A DNA stretch of 20,000 nt from the IMG/VR virus record IMGVR_UViG_3300044724_004089. One strand, 5' to 3'. Shown piece after piece: positions 16,481 to 20,000 of this stretch. Position 1 is the first letter of the stretch. The number at the start of each line of letters is the position of its first letter. The DNA is from an uncultured virus (IMG/VR IMGVR_UViG_3300044724_004089) (Duplodnaviria; Heunggongvirae; Uroviricota; Caudoviricetes). The translations under genes were made by a program, and so were the position numbers. The notes below the pieces were generated by a model that was not told the origin of the DNA, did no database searches, and saw only the letters and a list, made by a program, of their open reading frames with translations.

Positions 16481-16858
16481 ATGATTGTGGCAGAGGATCA
16501 CTTTATAGAAGAAGAAAATTATGTATATGCTGGTAAACATTTAATTGTCGACATATACGGGTTTGATAAAGAATATAAGAAGTTTAAAATGCTATTAGCA
16601 CAAGCATCACAATTAGCAGGTGCTAAATTATTATATGCTTATACACACGAATTTGATGGTGGTGGTATTACAGGTGTCGCCGTGTTAGCAGAATCACACA
16701 TATCATTTCACACTTGGCCGGAGAGAGATTACGTTGCATTTGATATTTTTATGTGTGGAGATACTCAACCATTTAAAGCAATCAATTATATCAAAAAAGA
16801 ATTAAAAGCAGATGACGTGAAAATTAAAACAATTAAGAGAGGTAAAATTGCAAAATAG
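16481..16858 (+). CDS. speD: Pyruvoyl-dependent S-adenosylmethionine decarboxylase proenzyme family (canonical copy)
   Basis: GKHLIVD, GGITGVAVLAESHISFHTWPE and DIFMCG. Confidence 0.9.
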   Translation: MIVAEDHFIEEENYVYAGKHLIVDIYGFDKEYKKFKMLLAQASQLAGAKLLYAYTHEFDGGGITGVAVLAESHISFHTWPERDYVAFDIFMCGDTQPFKAINYIKKELKADDVKIKTIKRGKIAK

Positions 16859-17216
16859 TTGGGGTTACCATTTAATATTAGACTGTAAAGGCAGTAAAAT
16901 GTCTACAGAGTTGGTAAAAGATGTAAAGTTTATAAAAGAGTTTACTAAAATGTTAGTTGATGGTATAGAGATGAAAGCATACGGTGAACCCATAATCGAA
17001 CACTTTGCTACACACGAAGAAAAGGCATCAGGTTTTAGTTTAGTCCAGTTGATAGAAACATCTTCTATCACAGGTCATTTTTGTGATATCAATGGTGATT
17101 TTTATTTAGATATTTTTAGTTGTAAGAGTTTTAGCATTGACACTGCGTTAGATATAGTGTATAGTTACTTCGAACCTAAAGCAATTAAAAAAATATATTT
17201 AGAAAGACAGGCATAA
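16848..17216 (+). CDS. Divergent SpeD-fold pyruvoyl decarboxylase (second copy)
   Basis: WGYHLILD, GFSLVQLIETSSITGHF and YLDIFSCK. Same fold as the upstream gene but with an altered cleavage motif. Confidence 0.8.
   Translation: MQNSWGYHLILDCKGSKMSTELVKDVKFIKEFTKMLVDGIEMKAYGEPIIEHFATHEEKASGFSLVQLIETSSITGHFCDINGDFYLDIFSCKSFSIDTALDIVYSYFEPKAIKKIYLERQA
17137..17165 (+). promoter_or_regulatory. Internal sigma70-type promoter upstream of exonuclease
   Basis: TTGACA (17137-42), 17 nt, TATAGT (17160-65). Confidence 0.6.
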
Positions 17217-17899
17217 TGAAATTTAATTTTATAGATATTGACAAAAGTGTGTTACCTACTGCAAAAGGTAAAAGAAAAGGTAAATATCGTTTTTATGATA
17301 TTAATGGCACAAATTATCCTAGTGTTACATCTATTCTTGGTGTAAGAAAAAAGATAGAACTACAACAATGGCGAGATAAGATTGGTGAAAATGTTGCTAA
17401 TTGGGAAATGGGTAGGGCGGCAAGACGTGGTACTGCAACTCATAATCTCATAGAAAATTACATAAAAGGTGAAACACTTACTGAAAAGAGTGTGTTACCC
17501 CTAGGATTATTTAAATTAATGAAACCATACATAGATTTAATTAACAATATACACTGTTTAGAAACAGTTATGTATTCAGAAAAATACAAGTTAGCAGGCC
17601 AAGTTGATTGTATAGCAGAATATAACGGTAAATTATCAGTCATAGACTTTAAAACTGCTAACAAAGAAAGAAAAGAAGAGTGGATTGAAAACTACTTTTT
17701 ACAATGCACTGCTTATGCTTTGATGTATGAAGAATTATATAAGACACCGATAGAAAATATTGTGGTTATTATTGGTGGTGAAGATGGTTCTATTGCATCA
17801 TATGTAAAAGAAACTAAAGACTATGTTAAAAAACTAGAAACTGTTATAGAAGATTTTTATAATATGTTTAATCTGGAGTATAATGAACAAGTATCATAG
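17216..17899 (+). CDS. PD-(D/E)XK exonuclease of T4-like marine phages
   Basis: YPSVTSIL, RGT--H, AGQVDCIAEY-G-LSVIDFKT and YFLQ--AY motifs. Confidence 0.9.
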   Translation: MKFNFIDIDKSVLPTAKGKRKGKYRFYDINGTNYPSVTSILGVRKKIELQQWRDKIGENVANWEMGRAARRGTATHNLIENYIKGETLTEKSVLPLGLFKLMKPYIDLINNIHCLETVMYSEKYKLAGQVDCIAEYNGKLSVIDFKTANKERKEEWIENYFLQCTAYALMYEELYKTPIENIVVIIGGEDGSIASYVKETKDYVKKLETVIEDFYNMFNLEYNEQVS

Positions 17900-18548
17900 A
17901 TATATTAAATTACCATTTTCTATACACGCACCTAAAGATGATGAGTATAATTATCCACTTGGTTCTTTAGAAAAGAAGAATATTAAAACAACTGATGCTT
18001 ACATTTTAAATAACTACGAACACGATAAACAAATAGAGAATTTTTTAGATCAATTTGATATAACATATGTCAATAGATTGGTTTTCTACACTAGTGCAAA
18101 TGATAAATTATCAATTCATATTGATAACAATACCACGCATCATTCAGATTTTAATAATTCTGATCTGTTAAATGTAATACACGAAAAATATGATTTTCTT
18201 GACAACCACGTTAAATTAAATTTAACATTTAACTCTAATGAAGGATATAGTACAATAAGATGGTGGGAGATTAATGATTTTAACAACGTAAAAAAAGCAT
18301 TGATAGAGAAAGAAAATGGTATGAAATGGTATGAACACGTTGCTGATGAGAAAGATTGTAAACTGGTATATGAGTGTGAGGGATTACAATCTAGTATTGT
18401 AAATACAGGTCAATTTCATTCTACAACCAGTAACGGTGAAACAAATAACAGAGTCACCGTATCATATTTACTTAAACATAGAGATATAAATAAATTAGTC
18501 TATTTCAATGAAATAGATAAAATATTTGGTGACATTTTATATGAATAA
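17883..18548 (+). CDS. Putative 2OG-Fe(II)/cupin-fold protein, paralogue A
   Basis: HID, KLN, WW, N-G-FHS and RVTVS, consistent with an HxD...H...R arrangement. GGAG SD. Confidence 0.55.
   Translation: MNKYHRYIKLPFSIHAPKDDEYNYPLGSLEKKNIKTTDAYILNNYEHDKQIENFLDQFDITYVNRLVFYTSANDKLSIHIDNNTTHHSDFNNSDLLNVIHEKYDFLDNHVKLNLTFNSNEGYSTIRWWEINDFNNVKKALIEKENGMKWYEHVADEKDCKLVYECEGLQSSIVNTGQFHSTTSNGETNNRVTVSYLLKHRDINKLVYFNEIDKIFGDILYE
18485..18492 (+). promoter_or_regulatory. Possible T4-type late promoter TATAAATA
   Basis: Exact consensus about 50 nt upstream of ATG 18541. Confidence 0.4.
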
Positions 18549-19236
18549 TTACCATAGATTTATAAATTTACCATTTGATGTAAAGAATCCTACTATTTTA
18601 AAAATCACAGATAACATTGATAGTTATGTAGAAGAATGTAATTACAATTTATCAGAGTGTAAAAATAGGTGTGAGTTTGGTAGTATTACGTCTTGCTATA
18701 AAATCTCATTTTGGGAATCTTTAAGAGATGATTTAAATGACAATGCTGAAAATGTTAAAAACTTTTTAAATGATTTTGGGTTGTTTTTTGATAATCCATT
18801 ATATTTTTGGACAAAAGCAAACGATAAATTACATATGCACGTTGATAATAACAAAGAATTCTCATATTATGAGGGTGCAAATAATATGAAAGACTTCTTT
18901 GATAATCACGTTAAAATAAATTTTACTTGGGGTCCTAGTGAAAGTAAAATGCAGTGGTGGAAATGTGATGAAAAAGATATTAAAATAAGTAATAAAAAAG
19001 ATAAAAATGGTAATATAACGGTTACACCTTATGCTTATGAGAAAGATTGTAGTTTAGTATTTGAGGAAACAATAAGTAAACCTAGTTTAGTAAACGGTGG
19101 TACGTTACATTCTGTTACAAATCCATCAAAAACAAAAAATAGACTAACGCAATCATTCAATGTAGTTAGTAAATCTAATTTTGAGAGCATAAAATTTAAT
19201 GATGCACTAAATATATTTAATGAATATGTGATATAA
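18541..19236 (+). CDS. Putative 2OG-Fe(II)/cupin-fold protein, paralogue B
   Basis: MNNYHRFINLPF start matches paralogue A. HVD, KIN, WW, NGG-LHS and RLTQS. Confidence 0.55.
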   Translation: MNNYHRFINLPFDVKNPTILKITDNIDSYVEECNYNLSECKNRCEFGSITSCYKISFWESLRDDLNDNAENVKNFLNDFGLFFDNPLYFWTKANDKLHMHVDNNKEFSYYEGANNMKDFFDNHVKINFTWGPSESKMQWWKCDEKDIKISNKKDKNGNITVTPYAYEKDCSLVFEETISKPSLVNGGTLHSVTNPSKTKNRLTQSFNVVSKSNFESIKFNDALNIFNEYVI

Positions 19237-19239
19237 ATA
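19232..19239 (+). promoter_or_regulatory. T4-type late promoter TATAAATA
   Basis: Exact consensus at a gene boundary, followed by an AAAGGA SD and ATG 19256. Confidence 0.72.
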
Positions 19240-19255
19240 GTAGAAAAGGAAAATT

Positions 19256-19840
19256 ATGGCAAATAAAACTATCAGAGTTTCTTTATTACAGAACGCAAAC
19301 TTACCATCTTCTTGGACTAGTTGTGACACAGATTTTAAAATAACCAATAATGGTAGTGATACTATTATAAAAAGTGATGTCGACACTACTTTAAGCATAA
19401 GTGGAGACAATGTCTATCAAAAAGTAGTTGACGTTGATATTACTCAAGATATAGTATTCAATGCTAAATCATATATGGTAACTCAAGATGGTGCTGGTTA
19501 TACTGGAGAGTATGTTGTGACAATTACAGGTTCATCAGATATTTCAAACCCTAGAAATATAAGTTGTAAGTATAAAGAAGTTGGTGATAGTGTTTTAGCA
19601 GAGCAGGCGTTTGAAGACAACACAGGACCTACAACCCCTTATATAGAATTCAGTGTAAATGGAACTCTAAAACAAACACATTCACCTCAAACTTTAGGGG
19701 TGTGGAATGATTTAGGAACACATACAAAGACTTGGAATGGCACTGATACCATAATTTGTTTAACTGAAGTTTTTCAACATCATATAGAAGATTCGACAAT
19801 CAACACAGGATTAAAAATAAAATTTGAAATAGAAGGATAA
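19256..19840 (+). CDS. Hypothetical late protein, beta-rich, possibly virion-associated
   Basis: Late promoter upstream, MA- start, and T/S/D/G/N-rich composition. Confidence 0.65.
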   Translation: MANKTIRVSLLQNANLPSSWTSCDTDFKITNNGSDTIIKSDVDTTLSISGDNVYQKVVDVDITQDIVFNAKSYMVTQDGAGYTGEYVVTITGSSDISNPRNISCKYKEVGDSVLAEQAFEDNTGPTTPYIEFSVNGTLKQTHSPQTLGVWNDLGTHTKTWNGTDTIICLTEVFQHHIEDSTINTGLKIKFEIEG

Positions 19841-19849
19841 TATTATATT

Positions 19850-20000
19850 ATGCGATTTGATGGTTTAATACCAGGTTATCAGGTAGATGTAAACGTGAAT
19901 GAAAAAAAGTCCTCTAAAAACATTTATTGGGACTTTGGTAGAATAGTTGATGGTGAAAAACAATTAGACCCACACCTACATTATGGTTGTTATCTACTTG
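19850..20000 (+). CDS. Partial ORF, possibly class-III PLP aminotransferase N-terminus
   Basis: Translated by hand: MRFDGLIPGYQ...YWDFGRIVDGEKQLDPHLHYGCYLL(G). Resembles the G----DG---LD-----C--LG pattern. Runs off the window. Confidence 0.45.
   Translation, partial: MRFDGLIPGYQVDVNVNEKKSSKNIYWDFGRIVDGEKQLDPHLHYGCYLL

Noticed and set aside
17216..17899. Cas4/CRISPR interpretation of the exonuclease
   Set aside because: It lacks the Cas4 four-cysteine Fe-S arrangement, and no repeat-spacer array or other cas genes are visible. It fits the ordinary phage PD-(D/E)XK exonuclease.
1893..18540. ORF-track upstream starts at 1893, 2575, 7007, 7479, 10191, 12990 and 18526
   Set aside because: Downstream ATGs (1926, 2713, 7043, 7515, 10212, 13062, 18541) have better SDs, smaller overlaps or paralogue-matching N-termini.
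520..19410. All minus-strand ORFs in the track (e.g. 3809-4105, 6287-6580, 9768-9980, 19207-19410)
   Set aside because: They are short antisense shadows of well-supported + strand genes, with no recognisable motifs.
1..20000. tRNA, rRNA, intron or IS elements
   Set aside because: Intergenic gaps are short and explained by promoters, a terminator or small ORFs. No cloverleaf, transposase or homing-endonuclease motif was seen.

Overview
AT-rich (roughly 30% GC by eye), gene-dense segment with all credible genes on the + strand. It looks like part of a T4-like myovirus genome, probably a marine phage of a low-GC alphaproteobacterium such as SAR11; the host is an inference. In order it contains: (1) the end of a sugar-modification cluster (Gfo/Idh/MocA dehydrogenase, DegT aminotransferase, FkbM methyltransferase, GT-like proteins); (2) small early ORFs behind repeated sigma70-type promoters; (3) an envelope lipoprotein cluster and a glutaredoxin; (4) duplicated promoter cassettes; (5) a GH73 glucosaminidase, a pyrimidine-dimer glycosylase-like gene, a TauD dioxygenase and an M15A peptidase; (6) two tandem divergent SpeD-fold decarboxylases, a PD-(D/E)XK exonuclease and tandem 2OG/cupin-like paralogues. 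T4 late promoters (TATAAATA) are present. The most striking signal is that four early promoters each carry TGATTCG just downstream of the -10 box. This is the CcrM (GANTC) methylation site in the extended context preferred by the alphaproteobacterial activator GcrA. A manual scan also found no CATG, AGCT or GAAGC/GCTTC anywhere in the window.
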